Positions 26,353 to 36,606 are shown, numbered from the stretch's first letter. The stretch: DNA of 64,000 nt from Candidatus Kerfeldbacteria bacterium RIFCSPLOWO2_02_FULL_42_19 (GCA_001818315.1 MHKF01000018.1:325-64324), one strand, 5' to 3'. Program-made: numbers and translations. The notes: generated by a model not told the origin, from the letters alone.

Positions 26353-27083
26353 TGAGTATAGAAAGCGGTTCGATGTTGGTCGAGTTGGCGAATGTTGATG
26401 CGCGATGTAGGTTGTAGAATATACAGATCGCTCTTTGAACCGATACTTTTTGCTTCGTAATACGCATTGAATCCCCGTATTTTTTCTTGAATAATCAACC
26501 CGAGGTCGGTAATAATTTTTTGAATTTTTAATCCTCGCTCGGTACTTTGATCAGTATATCCGTAACAAAGGAGATAATATTTTTGCGCGAGGAGTTTTGG
26601 ATTTTTTCGCGCTTTGTTTGTTCCTTTTCCTATGCTTGCTTCGAGCGCGCGAAGAAGCCACGTATGTACCGCTTGTGGCGTATAGGGTGGATCGAAAAAA
26701 ATAATATCATAACCGCACAGCTGTGATCTTTGTAGCGGATTTCGGAGGTCGTGTTCAATGCATTGTATGTCAAGCTTTTCATTGGTAGCTATATGTTGAA
26801 TATAGCCGAGGAGTTTTTTATCTATATCAATAACGGTGATAGTTTGTGTTTTGTATAACAGCGCAAGCGCGATAGAAGTAACATCATCGTCGCCTAAAAA
26901 AAGTATTCTCTTTTTTGCAAAATGCGTGAGTTCAGCGATACGTTGTACTCTTTTGAGAACCGTGTGTTCTTTTGCGAAGAATTGATCGAGCTCACGTTGA
27001 GGTTTTGGTCGCTCGCATTTGTAACGATTGAGAAGAATTGTAAACTCTGTACAAGCAAATTGCGAGAGAGGTTGATGAGCCAT
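26292..27083 (-). CDS. BpsA/DUF43-like (branched-chain polyamine synthase family) SAM-fold protein
   Basis: RPKPQRELDQ, FLGDDD, VIDID, HDLRNPL, FFDPPYT. Confidence 0.75.
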   Translation of the reverse strand: MAHQPLSQFACTEFTILLNRYKCERPKPQRELDQFFAKEHTVLKRVQRIAELTHFAKKRILFLGDDDVTSIALALLYKTQTITVIDIDKKLLGYIQHIATNEKLDIQCIEHDLRNPLQRSQLCGYDIIFFDPPYTPQAVHTWLLRALEASIGKGTNKARKNPKLLAQKYYLLCYGYTDQSTERGLKIQKIITDLGLIIQEKIRGFNAYYEAKSIGSKSDLYILQPTSRINIRQLDQHRTAFYTQGLSPNTLSSVKNENFERKN

Positions 27084-27137
27084 AATTGTATCGACGTTTC
27101 AGTGTGATTATGATACCTTAGAGGGAGTGACTTTTCT

Positions 27138-27326
27138 ATGACATCGTCTCTATTTTATAAAGAATATCGTTGCCCGAATGATCAAAAGTTGCTTTTTAAA
27201 GGCATACTTATTAATAGTGAGGTAGAGGTAAAGTGTCGCCTGTGTAAGCAGCTTATTTTGATACAGGGCGAAGCTGAAAATAAGTATATTTGCAAAAAAC
27301 ACGATTGTCCATTTCGAGCAATATAA
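27138..27326 (+). CDS. Com-like zinc-finger protein
   Basis: EYRCPNDQKLLFKG..VEVKCRLCK; GAGGGAG SD. Confidence 0.7.
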   Translation: MTSSLFYKEYRCPNDQKLLFKGILINSEVEVKCRLCKQLILIQGEAENKYICKKHDCPFRAI

Positions 27327-27380
27327 GGATCGCCGGGGATGTCAGCATCTTTCTTATGTTATTTTTATGACTCGTCCGTC

Positions 27381-28013
27381 TTATTTCAGTTGCGCCTTTT
27401 TGTGATATCTTTTTGTCGTCGCGTGTGAAGCGAGGAAGGGAAAAATGATACTTAAGAAACTCATGAATGCGACGATAGTGAAAACGAGTTGGAAACCAAA
27501 GACTTCTGCTATTATTCCACCGAGGAATCCAGTGATTCCGGCTGCGATTCCAAGTATAGTACTATCTAATGCCCATTCTGTTCCTTCTTTTCCTTTATCG
27601 ATGTGACGTGTAAAAATTGCGCCCCAGGCGGGGATGATTAATGCAAAACCGAGCGCCGCAATAAACTGTACAATGTAGAGATGCAAGGGTTTCGTTATGC
27701 TTATAAAAAGCAAAGAAGCAATACCCACAATGATCTGTCCAAGTATGATCGCTCTGTAATCATCTTGTTCGCCTGGGTTCTTATCGAGTACGTGCGCGAT
27801 TGGAATTTGTAGTATTGATTTTGAGATCCAGTAGATAGCCGCTGCAATTCCGACCATCGCCGCACTTCCACCGGGTATTTTTTTTGTAATAAAAATCGCA
27901 AAAATCGGTTCAATCAAACCCCACGCTGCAAAGAGAATGAAATCTGATGCAATGAGATATCGTATGGTGTTATTCAGAGAAAAACGAAGCATATTTTTAT
28001 CTTTAGAACTCAT
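27381..28013 (-). CDS. Half-size (about 6 TM) MFS transporter
   Basis: PIFAIF, FTRHIDKGKEG, GGIIAEVFGF. Confidence 0.8.
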   Translation of the reverse strand: MSSKDKNMLRFSLNNTIRYLIASDFILFAAWGLIEPIFAIFITKKIPGGSAAMVGIAAAIYWISKSILQIPIAHVLDKNPGEQDDYRAIILGQIIVGIASLLFISITKPLHLYIVQFIAALGFALIIPAWGAIFTRHIDKGKEGTEWALDSTILGIAAGITGFLGGIIAEVFGFQLVFTIVAFMSFLSIIFPFLASHATTKRYHKKAQLK

Positions 28014-28099
28014 CTACAAGTCCGCTCATTCATTACAGACTTCGTAGATTGTATGTTATACTTTCTGTGTAAAATTTTTATACGAAAGGAGGGGTGCAT

Positions 28100-28162
28100 A
28101 TGTCAGAAGAGACATGTTCAGGCTGCGGGAATCCTATGAGCTCTTGCACCTGCAGCAACTAG
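28100..28162 (+). CDS. 20-aa Cys-rich micropeptide MSEETCSGCGNPMSSCTCSN
   Basis: AAAGGAGGGG SD, upstream TGTTATACT, downstream hairpin. Confidence 0.6.
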   Translation: MSEETCSGCGNPMSSCTCSN

Positions 28163-28171
28163 TCAACGACG

Positions 28172-28202
28172 AAATCCGCGGTTGATATGATCGCGGATTT
28201 TG
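28172..28202. terminator. Hairpin between the micropeptide and the convergent gene
   Basis: AAATCCGCGGT...ATCGCGGATTT. Confidence 0.55.
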
Positions 28203-28215
28203 CATCTTTCTTTTT

Positions 28216-28848
28216 TCATTGCTCAACACATATACCGTTTTGACATGCTTCATTTGCACGACACTTTCGGGCATGTTCGGCAACAACTACTTCGCCTTTG
28301 AGGCCGCAATCATATTGTACAAGTTCTCCGTTTCGACACGTATCTTCTTGATAGGCGCCAGTTGCTGGATTACCCACTTGCCCTTTTTCGCGTCGTTTAT
28401 TGAAAGGATCCGTATCTTTACAATCTTTTCCCGGGACATATTGTCCGGCACAAAAGGCTTCATCCCCATCCCAGGCGCATTCCTCGTTGCCCTTACAATG
28501 CGTGAGTACAGTATCTTCTTGTCCTCTTGTACAGATTCTTTCACCTACTCTTTTTGGTCCGCCACAAAAATCATTGTAGGTTGTACGAATTTTGCGAACT
28601 CGATCTTCCACTCGTACGAATCCTGGCACATATTTATCCGCTCCACCGTCGGAATCCGAACATAATATTCCGGCGTCTGTGTTTGGAATTCTGCCGCCGA
28701 TGAGTGCCGCCGCGATGGTGCTAAAGACCGACGTAAGTCCTATAATAACGCTCACAAAGACTATGACTTTTGGGAGGAGACCTATTTGATATTTTGTTTT
28801 TGTGAGTGTTTGCTGATTTTTTTCTTTGATTATTTTTCTTTTTGGCAT
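28216..28848 (-). CDS. Membrane-anchored Cys-rich repeat protein
   Basis: TM, then two CxD(S/T)D...G.V...DxC...C...C...C modules. Confidence 0.75.
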   Translation of the reverse strand: MPKRKIIKEKNQQTLTKTKYQIGLLPKVIVFVSVIIGLTSVFSTIAAALIGGRIPNTDAGILCSDSDGGADKYVPGFVRVEDRVRKIRTTYNDFCGGPKRVGERICTRGQEDTVLTHCKGNEECAWDGDEAFCAGQYVPGKDCKDTDPFNKRREKGQVGNPATGAYQEDTCRNGELVQYDCGLKGEVVVAEHARKCRANEACQNGICVEQ

Positions 28849-28905
28849 ATTTTTTTTTGTTAACTTGATAATTCCGCGATCGCTTGCTGCGCGACGGTTT
28901 ATTTT

Positions 28906-30450
28906 TTAGAGAAAAATTTGGATAATCCCTTGCAATTTTGGTACATCACCGGAATACGTCCCGAGGAGGGTAAACATGAGTTCATGGAGTTTTGCGATCG
29001 CCTGTGAAGCCATGATCGCTGAGTCGGGCGGAGTAATTGTGACCGGTTCATTGTAATCAAAAACATTTGCTTTGATGTGAAAAGTCATGTCATTTCCGAC
29101 ACTTGGATCGTAATACTGAATCGTCGTGTCTAATTGATAAATAAAATTATCTTTCCCGATCCAGATTTCGACTGGAATATCCTGCGTGTGCGCCAGCACA
29201 TATTCAAAAATTTCCATCAAAGCAATCATTTGCGGATTATAAACGAGGTCTGATGCTTGATTGAGCGCTGCTTGCATTTCCTCCTGATTGATCACCGTGC
29301 GATAATGATCTGTTGTGACGCCATTGATAGTTTCTGCGCCGATGTATTCGGCTTCCTCGAGTGTGCCAAGGGCAGTATAAAGGATCCAATATTCGTTCAG
29401 CGCTTCTTTTGCTTGTGAGAGGTCAGGCATAGCCTCATCTTCGTAATATTCAGCAATTTCTTCATAGACGATTTTGAGCCATTTTCCACTGATGGACGTT
29501 CCCGTGATACCTTTCGCCGTGCTTATAAAATTATTAATCGCTGTGACATTCGTTTGCATACCATCTATTTTGAGGTAGGCAATTCCGTCAACGGTTTTTT
29601 CTTCTCCGCCGCCTTGCGCCGTCACTCCATTCGCATTGAGATTATAACTCACATCAAATTCAGAATCGGGATATAAAAATTCTTCTTGCTCGATTTTTCC
29701 CGTTCCATCGAGTTTCAGGTTCGCACGTGCAAGTCCCTTTGCGTCCATTGTGATGTTGAATCCAAAACCGAGCGAAGAAACTTTTTGCGAATTTTTATAA
29801 TTCGCACTCAGCATATCGAGCTCTGCATTCGTCAGATCACCGTCGTTTGCCAACGGCGCTTCTGTTGGTGCTGCCGTATTTGTTGATTCGATCGGAGGTT
29901 CTGTTGTTGTATTTGTGGATTCAGTTGGTGTCGGTTGTGTTATGTTCGTTTCAGTTGTTGCTTGTGTATTGCTGTTGATTTGTTCTGGCGCGGTATTTTG
30001 GTTTGCGTTTGTTGTCTGTGACAGTGTTTCGTTCGTTTGCGTTGCTCCTGTATTTTTATTATCATCCTGATTGAATACGATGTTAAAAATTCTTGTAAAT
30101 ATTCCCTGAACCTCGGTGCTACTTGTATTTGTCTCATTGTTTGGTGACGTACTATTGGTGTTAGATTGCGTTTGTGTGTTTTGATTTTCAGGTTCAGAAG
30201 ATTGCAAGGATTGAGGAGTAAAAGGCCATCGTTGCTGTGTGTACGCGAATACTCCATACGCACCAACGCCGAGTATGAACATGATTCCAAGAATTATACT
30301 TATCATGCGAGTTTTGCGATTCTTTTTTGTTGACGGTGTTTCAGGAAGGGGTATGTAAGGAAATGGGGCGTTTTCAGGTGGAATACCGCCTGGACCCATA
30401 TTTTGCGGCGGTACATATGTTGGGGTATTTGCGTTGTTTGTAAGATTCAT
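28906..30450 (-). CDS. Membrane-anchored protein with a Thr/Asn stalk and an LppX/LolA-like domain
   Basis: Pro-rich N-terminus, TM, low-complexity stalk, GKWLK, ETINGVTTDHY, VEIWIGKD, DYNEPVTITPP. Confidence 0.7.
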   Translation of the reverse strand: MNLTNNANTPTYVPPQNMGPGGIPPENAPFPYIPLPETPSTKKNRKTRMISIILGIMFILGVGAYGVFAYTQQRWPFTPQSLQSSEPENQNTQTQSNTNSTSPNNETNTSSTEVQGIFTRIFNIVFNQDDNKNTGATQTNETLSQTTNANQNTAPEQINSNTQATTETNITQPTPTESTNTTTEPPIESTNTAAPTEAPLANDGDLTNAELDMLSANYKNSQKVSSLGFGFNITMDAKGLARANLKLDGTGKIEQEEFLYPDSEFDVSYNLNANGVTAQGGGEEKTVDGIAYLKIDGMQTNVTAINNFISTAKGITGTSISGKWLKIVYEEIAEYYEDEAMPDLSQAKEALNEYWILYTALGTLEEAEYIGAETINGVTTDHYRTVINQEEMQAALNQASDLVYNPQMIALMEIFEYVLAHTQDIPVEIWIGKDNFIYQLDTTIQYYDPSVGNDMTFHIKANVFDYNEPVTITPPDSAIMASQAIAKLHELMFTLLGTYSGDVPKLQGIIQIFL

Positions 30451-30523
30451 ATGCGTTATTCCTCTATTTTATTTCCAATGCTATAATTTTATATTATACA
30501 ATACTTTTCATTTGCGCACGATT

Positions 30524-31309
30524 ATGTTTAGCGGTTTGCTTTCAAAATACCTTAATCTTGATCAGTTTTCTACACATCATATTGTCAATAAACTGGCTTA
30601 TCAAGCGATTTTTCAGCGGCGTCGCTTCAGTTTTATGCATTTTCCAAGTCTGTCAGATATCCAAACCTATGAAGGATATCGAGGTCCTGATGGTTTATGG
30701 ATAAGAAAACAAATGCCGACCTCACAGCATGCTTATAATCCGGTCAACGGTGAGGGTAATGCTTTGTCTGTTATTAGTAGCGAGTATGATCTTTTGCAGT
30801 CGAGTCTTACAAACGATCCTCGTACTGCGGCGCGCTCTGCGGCGTATTTGTCGCATTTCATTGTTGATGCCTTGGATCCAGCACATCATATCGGCAACTT
30901 TAAATCTCGTGACCCTGTACCTGTATACGATGATTGGTCCGACCCGTTTTTAGATATGCGCCAATCTTTCTGGAAAAATATTCGAAATCGACATTTCTTT
31001 TTTGAATTGTGTTCAGCTTTCTATTTGTGGCGTAGTCAGCATCTTTTTTTGCGTGTCCCAAGACGACCTCTTCAATTCAGGCACAAAAAATTTTACAAGC
31101 CACAACTTCTTCTCCTTTTTAAGAAGCGTGTACAATACGTCCATCGCTTTCGCATCTACGAGCGTTTTTTCATTCGTCGACATCGAATACAAGTCAAACG
31201 TCAAATACTCTCATTTTTATTTCCGCTGATGATTCGGTCTGTGAGTTTATTTTGGATGCATGCAATTCAACAAGCGTCCTTAGGTCGTAAAACCCATGTT
31301 TTGAGGTAA
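30524..31309 (+). CDS. Zn-dependent phospholipase C/P1-like protein
   Basis: THH, GPDG, HAYNP, LSHFIVDALDPAHH, HFFFE. Confidence 0.65.
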   Translation: MFSGLLSKYLNLDQFSTHHIVNKLAYQAIFQRRRFSFMHFPSLSDIQTYEGYRGPDGLWIRKQMPTSQHAYNPVNGEGNALSVISSEYDLLQSSLTNDPRTAARSAAYLSHFIVDALDPAHHIGNFKSRDPVPVYDDWSDPFLDMRQSFWKNIRNRHFFFELCSAFYLWRSQHLFLRVPRRPLQFRHKKFYKPQLLLLFKKRVQYVHRFRIYERFFIRRHRIQVKRQILSFLFPLMIRSVSLFWMHAIQQASLGRKTHVLR

Positions 31310-31350
31310 AGCAAATTCGTCACGAAAGATTATTCAGGGACAAGTCTATT

Positions 31351-32223
31351 ATGCAGAGCATGAGTTTGATTGTGAATCTTTACGCAGGTCGGGGGCGTAT
31401 GTTCCCATCGATGTTACCCGAACTACAAAAACGTTTGACAAAGCGATATCGGGAAATTCGTGTTTTTTATTCTCAGCAGAAAGGTGACGTTACTTTGCTT
31501 GCGCGAAAAATAGCGAAGACAACTGATGTTGTTGTCGCATGTGGAGGTGACGGTACTGTGAATGAAGTGCTCAACGGAATTATGGATACGCGCGTAGTTT
31601 TTGGTTTACTCCCTTTTGGAACGACGAATGTTTTTGCGCACGAGCTTGGTATCGGTCATGATGTACAGAAAGCGTGTCAAGCGCTTTTTCAAAAGCAAAT
31701 ACGTCGTATTGATGTTGGTTGTGCGAACGGACGTTTTTTTATTCTTTGGTGCGGTGTAGGTCTTGACGCCTATGTTATTCAAAGAGTTCAGCCGTGGCTG
31801 AAAAGAATGTTTGGACCCATTGCTTTTGATATTACGATTTTACGAAAGATTTTTTTTCTCAAAGCTCAGAAATTGCGTATCGTTCTTGACGATCGTGCAC
31901 CAATGTCAGGTTGTTTCGTTGTTGTGACGAATACGAAATTGTATGGTGGAAGACTTGTTGCACCTGATGCGCAATTGGATGACGGATTGTTTAATGTTCT
32001 GATAGTACGCAAAGGTGATATGTTCAGTCTTTTTCGTAATTACCTTGGTGTCTCACGCAAATCCCATCCGAGATTCGTTAATGTTGAAAATTTTCCGGCG
32101 CGTCATGTTCGTATTGAAGCAGTGACCCACGCTCTTGCGCAAGTTGATGGCGAAATTATGGGTCCTGCGCCAGTGGATATTTCTATTCGTTCCAAAGTTT
32201 TACCTGTGCTTGTGTCTGAATAA
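31351..32223 (+). CDS. Diacylglycerol/lipid kinase (YegS/BmrU family)
   Basis: GGDGTVNEV, PFGTTNVFA, GVGLDA, YGG, DDG, QVDGE. Confidence 0.92.
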   Translation: MQSMSLIVNLYAGRGRMFPSMLPELQKRLTKRYREIRVFYSQQKGDVTLLARKIAKTTDVVVACGGDGTVNEVLNGIMDTRVVFGLLPFGTTNVFAHELGIGHDVQKACQALFQKQIRRIDVGCANGRFFILWCGVGLDAYVIQRVQPWLKRMFGPIAFDITILRKIFFLKAQKLRIVLDDRAPMSGCFVVVTNTKLYGGRLVAPDAQLDDGLFNVLIVRKGDMFSLFRNYLGVSRKSHPRFVNVENFPARHVRIEAVTHALAQVDGEIMGPAPVDISIRSKVLPVLVSE

Positions 32224-32264
32224 ATGCGGGGGTTTGAACTTCTCACTGATTATGCAACACATCT

Positions 32265-33422
32265 ATGAATCGGCAGCCGATATATCTTGATTACGCAGCA
32301 GCGACTCCGGTCGCACCGGAAGTTTCTCAACATATGCAGAATTTGTCGCGAGAAATTTTTGCGAATCCGTCGAGTTCCCATGTTTTTGGACGCAAGGCGC
32401 GACAGATTATTGATGATGCACGAGCGCACATTGCTACTATTTTGCATTGTGAAGTGAGCGAAATTTATTTTACTCATAGTGCTACTGAAGCTAATAATCT
32501 TGCTTTGCGCGGTATTGCCTACGCGGCGCGTAGACAGTATCACCGCAATCATATTGTTGTTTCTGCTGTCGAACACAGTTCTATTTTGCAAACAGCTAAA
32601 GCCTTGGAACATGAAGATTTTCGTGTTACGTACCTTCCTGTGGATCGTTATGGTGTTGTTCAGGAGGACGCGCTTGTGAGTGCAATTTCACACGATACAA
32701 ACTTGGTAAGTATTATGATTGCGAATAACGAAGTTGGTACGATTCAACCTATTCAGTCGTATGTCGCGCTTGTCCGTACATGTGCGCCTTATGTTGCATT
32801 TCACACGGATGCAGTACAATGGCCCGGTTTTGGCACATTGAATACTCAATCACTTGGTATTGATGCCATGACCCTCAGCGGCGCAAAAATATACGGACCA
32901 CCGGATTGTAGTATGTTATTTGTGCGAAACGGTATCGCTTGCGACCCACTCCTTTTTGGTGGAAGACAGGAACATGGATTATGGCCTGGCACGGAACACG
33001 CTGTGAGTATCGCTGGCTTTGCATATGCTTTGGAACTCGCGGAAGCACGGCGATCGGCAGCGGATTCTTTCCACGCACGTCGCAATATATTTCTTGAGAC
33101 TTTACGATCTCATGTCTCAGATTGTGTTGTTAATGGACATCAGGACAATATACTTCCTCATATCGTGCATCTGACGTTTCCGGGTGTTGATCAGGATGCG
33201 CTGTTGGTTGCACTCGATCAGGTTGGTCTTGCTGTTTCTGGAGGAGCAGCCTGTGATGCTGGCGCGCAGAGAATTTCGCATGTCATCGAGGCGTTGCATC
33301 TTCCGAAACTTTTCAAGCAAGCGCATATGCGTTTGAGTTTTGGTATCTCGACTTCCGAAAAGGAATTGCGAGAAGCCGCTGAACGCATTGTGCAAGTCGT
33401 TTCGCAACTTCGTTCCACATAG
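32265..33422 (+). CDS. Cysteine desulfurase (IscS/NifS type)
   Basis: YLDYAAATP, NPSS, ATEANN, HTDAVQ, KIYGP, GAAC. Confidence 0.92.
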   Translation: MNRQPIYLDYAAATPVAPEVSQHMQNLSREIFANPSSSHVFGRKARQIIDDARAHIATILHCEVSEIYFTHSATEANNLALRGIAYAARRQYHRNHIVVSAVEHSSILQTAKALEHEDFRVTYLPVDRYGVVQEDALVSAISHDTNLVSIMIANNEVGTIQPIQSYVALVRTCAPYVAFHTDAVQWPGFGTLNTQSLGIDAMTLSGAKIYGPPDCSMLFVRNGIACDPLLFGGRQEHGLWPGTEHAVSIAGFAYALELAEARRSAADSFHARRNIFLETLRSHVSDCVVNGHQDNILPHIVHLTFPGVDQDALLVALDQVGLAVSGGAACDAGAQRISHVIEALHLPKLFKQAHMRLSFGISTSEKELREAAERIVQVVSQLRST

Positions 33423-33454
33423 CTTTCCTTTGATTGATTTGTTATACTATCTCT

Positions 33455-34174
33455 ATGCTGAAGGTAAAGAAAAATAGAGGCATTTATCCTTCCACGGGCG
33501 GCAAAATTTTATTTTCCAGCTTACGCAGTAATGTCACCTGGATGGTTTTTCGAATTATGTCCGAGTTCGTCAGCGGTTTTGAATTCTTGTCAAAACTCAA
33601 ACACGAAGTCAGTTTTTTTGGATCGGCGCGTTTTCCCGAACACAATGTTCATTATCAAGAAGCTAGGCAACTCGCACGCATGTTAAATCGCGCCGGGTAT
33701 ACGATTATTACAGGCGGTGGCGCTGGGATTATGGAAGCGGGAAATCGCGGCGCTGTCGAAGGCCATGGCAAAGGCGAATCAGTAGGTATTAACATTCAGC
33801 TTCCAAAAGAGCAACGTACCAATCCTTATGTTCGTAAATCCATGGCATTTAGTTTCTTTTTTACACGCAAGGTTATGCTTTCAGCTTCGTCACAGGCATA
33901 TGTTTTTTTTCCTGGCGGCTTCGGAACGCTTGATGAATTTTTTGAAATGTTGAATCTGATACAGACACGCAAAATCGAACCAGTGAAACTTATCCTGATT
34001 GGTAAAGATTTTTGGCAACCCCTTTTGGATTGGATTACAAAAGTGATGTATACGCAACACAAAGCGATTTCAAAACAGGACATGCGTATTTATTCTGTGG
34101 CTTCAGATATTCATGATGCTTTTCGAATCATTCGTTCTTCTCACGAGCGGGCGTATGTGAATCGTGAACATTAA
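33455..34174 (+). CDS. LOG family protein
   Basis: FFGSAR, TGGGAGIMEA, FFTRKVM, PGGFGTLDE. Confidence 0.93.
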   Translation: MLKVKKNRGIYPSTGGKILFSSLRSNVTWMVFRIMSEFVSGFEFLSKLKHEVSFFGSARFPEHNVHYQEARQLARMLNRAGYTIITGGGAGIMEAGNRGAVEGHGKGESVGINIQLPKEQRTNPYVRKSMAFSFFFTRKVMLSASSQAYVFFPGGFGTLDEFFEMLNLIQTRKIEPVKLILIGKDFWQPLLDWITKVMYTQHKAISKQDMRIYSVASDIHDAFRIIRSSHERAYVNREH

Positions 34175-34228
34175 GATCTTTTGTGTTATAATAGATTTGT
34201 TCTCGAGTTATCAACACTATTCTATTCT

Positions 34229-35218
34229 ATGTTTGAAAATACACAAAAACCAAGACAAAATCCATCATCTCAATCATATCCGCAAGACACGGGCATGTCT
34301 TCACAACAACTCCCGAGACCGGGTATCCAGCAATCCTCGGTACGTTCAGCGGCAGAAGATATTTTTGCGGAAACAAGTGACATGACTCCGCAGTCACCGC
34401 AATTTGTTTCGCAACCAGATCTTTCTTCGCGAGGACAAGGCGCTGAGTCACTTTCCCCAGGACCAACTTCTCAGCCAATGGCAACAGCACCAGCCGGCGC
34501 TGGTGTTACGGGAACCTCTGCCGGGAGTTCTGGTCTTACACCACCTGGCACACCTCAAAATCCTTTTGTGCCTGTTCAACCCGGTAACATACCTTCCTCA
34601 TCTTTACCGTTAGGGAGTAGAGCTTTAAGTCGGAGTCAAAAAATTATTTTGGTTTTAGTAGGTATTTTTGTCGTAGGAATATTGCTTGCGGGAGGATTTT
34701 TCCTTTACATTTATATTCAAAAACGTGCACAGCCGGACGTCCCCATTGATGCTATGGGTCTGAATGTGAATGCTTTGCGTAATCAAGCATTACAGAATGC
34801 GAATGAGAGTAGTGCCGGGAACGCGAACGTCAACACAAATCGCGCTGTAGGCACCGTCAATACGAATATTCCTGTGATCAATCTCAATCAAAACACGAAT
34901 CGTTCGACGCAAAATGCGAATCAAAATGTGAATGCGAATGAACTTGTAAATGCTTTTCTGAACACTAATACGACGAGTAATGCTAATGCTGCGGGTAATA
35001 CGAATGCCGTTACGAATACCTCTAGAAATAGCAATACGAATACGACGCCTTCAGCTACGAGCGATTTGGATGCTGACGGACTTCTGTATGAAGCAGAAAT
35101 GAAATATGGAACTGATCCTAATAATGCTGATAGCGATAAGGATGGGTATCTCGATGGCGAAGAAGTTGAGAATGGATATGATCCATTAGGTCCAGGAAAA
35201 CTCAAAACTACAAAATAA
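34229..35218 (+). CDS. Membrane protein with an Asn-rich stalk and C-terminal TSP3-like Ca-binding repeats
   Basis: Pro/Ser/Gln N-terminus, TM, NxN repeats, DLDADGL..GTDP..DSDKDGYLDGEE..GYDP. Confidence 0.8.
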   Translation: MFENTQKPRQNPSSQSYPQDTGMSSQQLPRPGIQQSSVRSAAEDIFAETSDMTPQSPQFVSQPDLSSRGQGAESLSPGPTSQPMATAPAGAGVTGTSAGSSGLTPPGTPQNPFVPVQPGNIPSSSLPLGSRALSRSQKIILVLVGIFVVGILLAGGFFLYIYIQKRAQPDVPIDAMGLNVNALRNQALQNANESSAGNANVNTNRAVGTVNTNIPVINLNQNTNRSTQNANQNVNANELVNAFLNTNTTSNANAAGNTNAVTNTSRNSNTNTTPSATSDLDADGLLYEAEMKYGTDPNNADSDKDGYLDGEEVENGYDPLGPGKLKTTK

Positions 35219-35221
35219 AGA

Positions 35222-36502
35222 GTGCGTATGTTACGACGCTGGATAAGCACTCTAGGCAGTTTCTTTATTATAGGATGTTTTTTGTTACCTTTGCCTCTCA
35301 AAGCAGAGACAATTTTATATTCTGTTTTTTTGGACTCCTCAACGCTTGCACAAGGTTATGCTTTAGAATATGCAGATGTCACTATCGATATCCCTCCTGG
35401 TATTTTCACCGAAGCATTAGAAGCGAAAATTAAAAGACCTTCAGAAAAAGATATTCCTCCATTCCCAGCGCACAAAACATTGGTGAGTGAAGTATATATT
35501 TACGATATTCGTATGCAGAGCCCACAGATTTTAAAGAAACCGGTAGGTGTGACACTTGGCGTTCAAAGTAACACTTCCGCTATGAAGCGTCTTTATTTTT
35601 TTGATCGGAATGTTTCACAATGGGTTTCCATGCCATCGAAATTTAATTCCACAACGCATAGCATTCATTCATCTTTACCTTTTCCGTATTCACTCATCGC
35701 TGTGTTCGAGGATGCTCAGACATCTGGTGCGCCTGCACTAGAAAAAGATGCGTTATGGTCACAATATGATAGCGCCGCTTTTTCGGTGCTCGATCGGCGT
35801 ACGAAACGTGTGCTGTATGAAAAACAAAGTTATGTCGTGCGACCTATGGCTTCATTGACTAAACTTATGACAGCACTTGTTGCGCTCGAACAAGGTTTTG
35901 ATTTTAAACAGGTCGCAACGTATGATGCGAGTTGCGATCGGATTGGATCTCGATTGAATGTAAAGTCAGGAGAAACTTTGTATGTGCGAGATTTGTGGTA
36001 TACGATGCTTGCGGGTTCTGCAAATAATGCCGCGGTGTGTTTTGTACGTGCGTTAGGTTTTGACGAAAAGACGTTTGTTCGCACAATGAATGCCAAAGCG
36101 AATCAACTTGGACTTATACATACGCATTTTGTCGATGCAACCGGTCTTTCTGAAGAAAATGTTACGACAGCTGCAGAATTTGCTGTGATCGTCAGTGAAG
36201 CCTCGCGGTATTTCAAAGTATTGCAGGCGACGACTGTTCCAGCATATCGTTTTACTACTCTCAATCGCGGTATTCCACATACTATTCGGAATACGAATCG
36301 TTTTCTTTTTAACCTTGAATATCGCATTACCGCCGCGAAGACCGGTTATACTGATGAAGCACTCTACACGCAGGTGATCGCGGCAAAAAATGAACAAGGT
36401 GATGAAATCATTGTAGTATTGCTCGGTAATCCCAGCTGGCAGGATCGGTATGACGAAACAAAGCAACTTGTGCGAGAGACCTTCCAAAATTATCGTTGGT
36501 AA
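35222..36502 (+). CDS. D-Ala-D-Ala carboxypeptidase (S11) with an extra N-terminal domain
   Basis: SLTK, SAN and KTG motifs. Confidence 0.9.
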   Translation: MRMLRRWISTLGSFFIIGCFLLPLPLKAETILYSVFLDSSTLAQGYALEYADVTIDIPPGIFTEALEAKIKRPSEKDIPPFPAHKTLVSEVYIYDIRMQSPQILKKPVGVTLGVQSNTSAMKRLYFFDRNVSQWVSMPSKFNSTTHSIHSSLPFPYSLIAVFEDAQTSGAPALEKDALWSQYDSAAFSVLDRRTKRVLYEKQSYVVRPMASLTKLMTALVALEQGFDFKQVATYDASCDRIGSRLNVKSGETLYVRDLWYTMLAGSANNAAVCFVRALGFDEKTFVRTMNAKANQLGLIHTHFVDATGLSEENVTTAAEFAVIVSEASRYFKVLQATTVPAYRFTTLNRGIPHTIRNTNRFLFNLEYRITAAKTGYTDEALYTQVIAAKNEQGDEIIVVLLGNPSWQDRYDETKQLVRETFQNYRW

Positions 36503-36606
36503 GTTGAGTTGAGCATAGAATGCCTTTTGGTGTTGATTTTATTTTAAAATTCCGTACACTGTACAAAGCTTTGTAATGTGTATACAACCTGAAAGGGGGT
36601 GATGAC

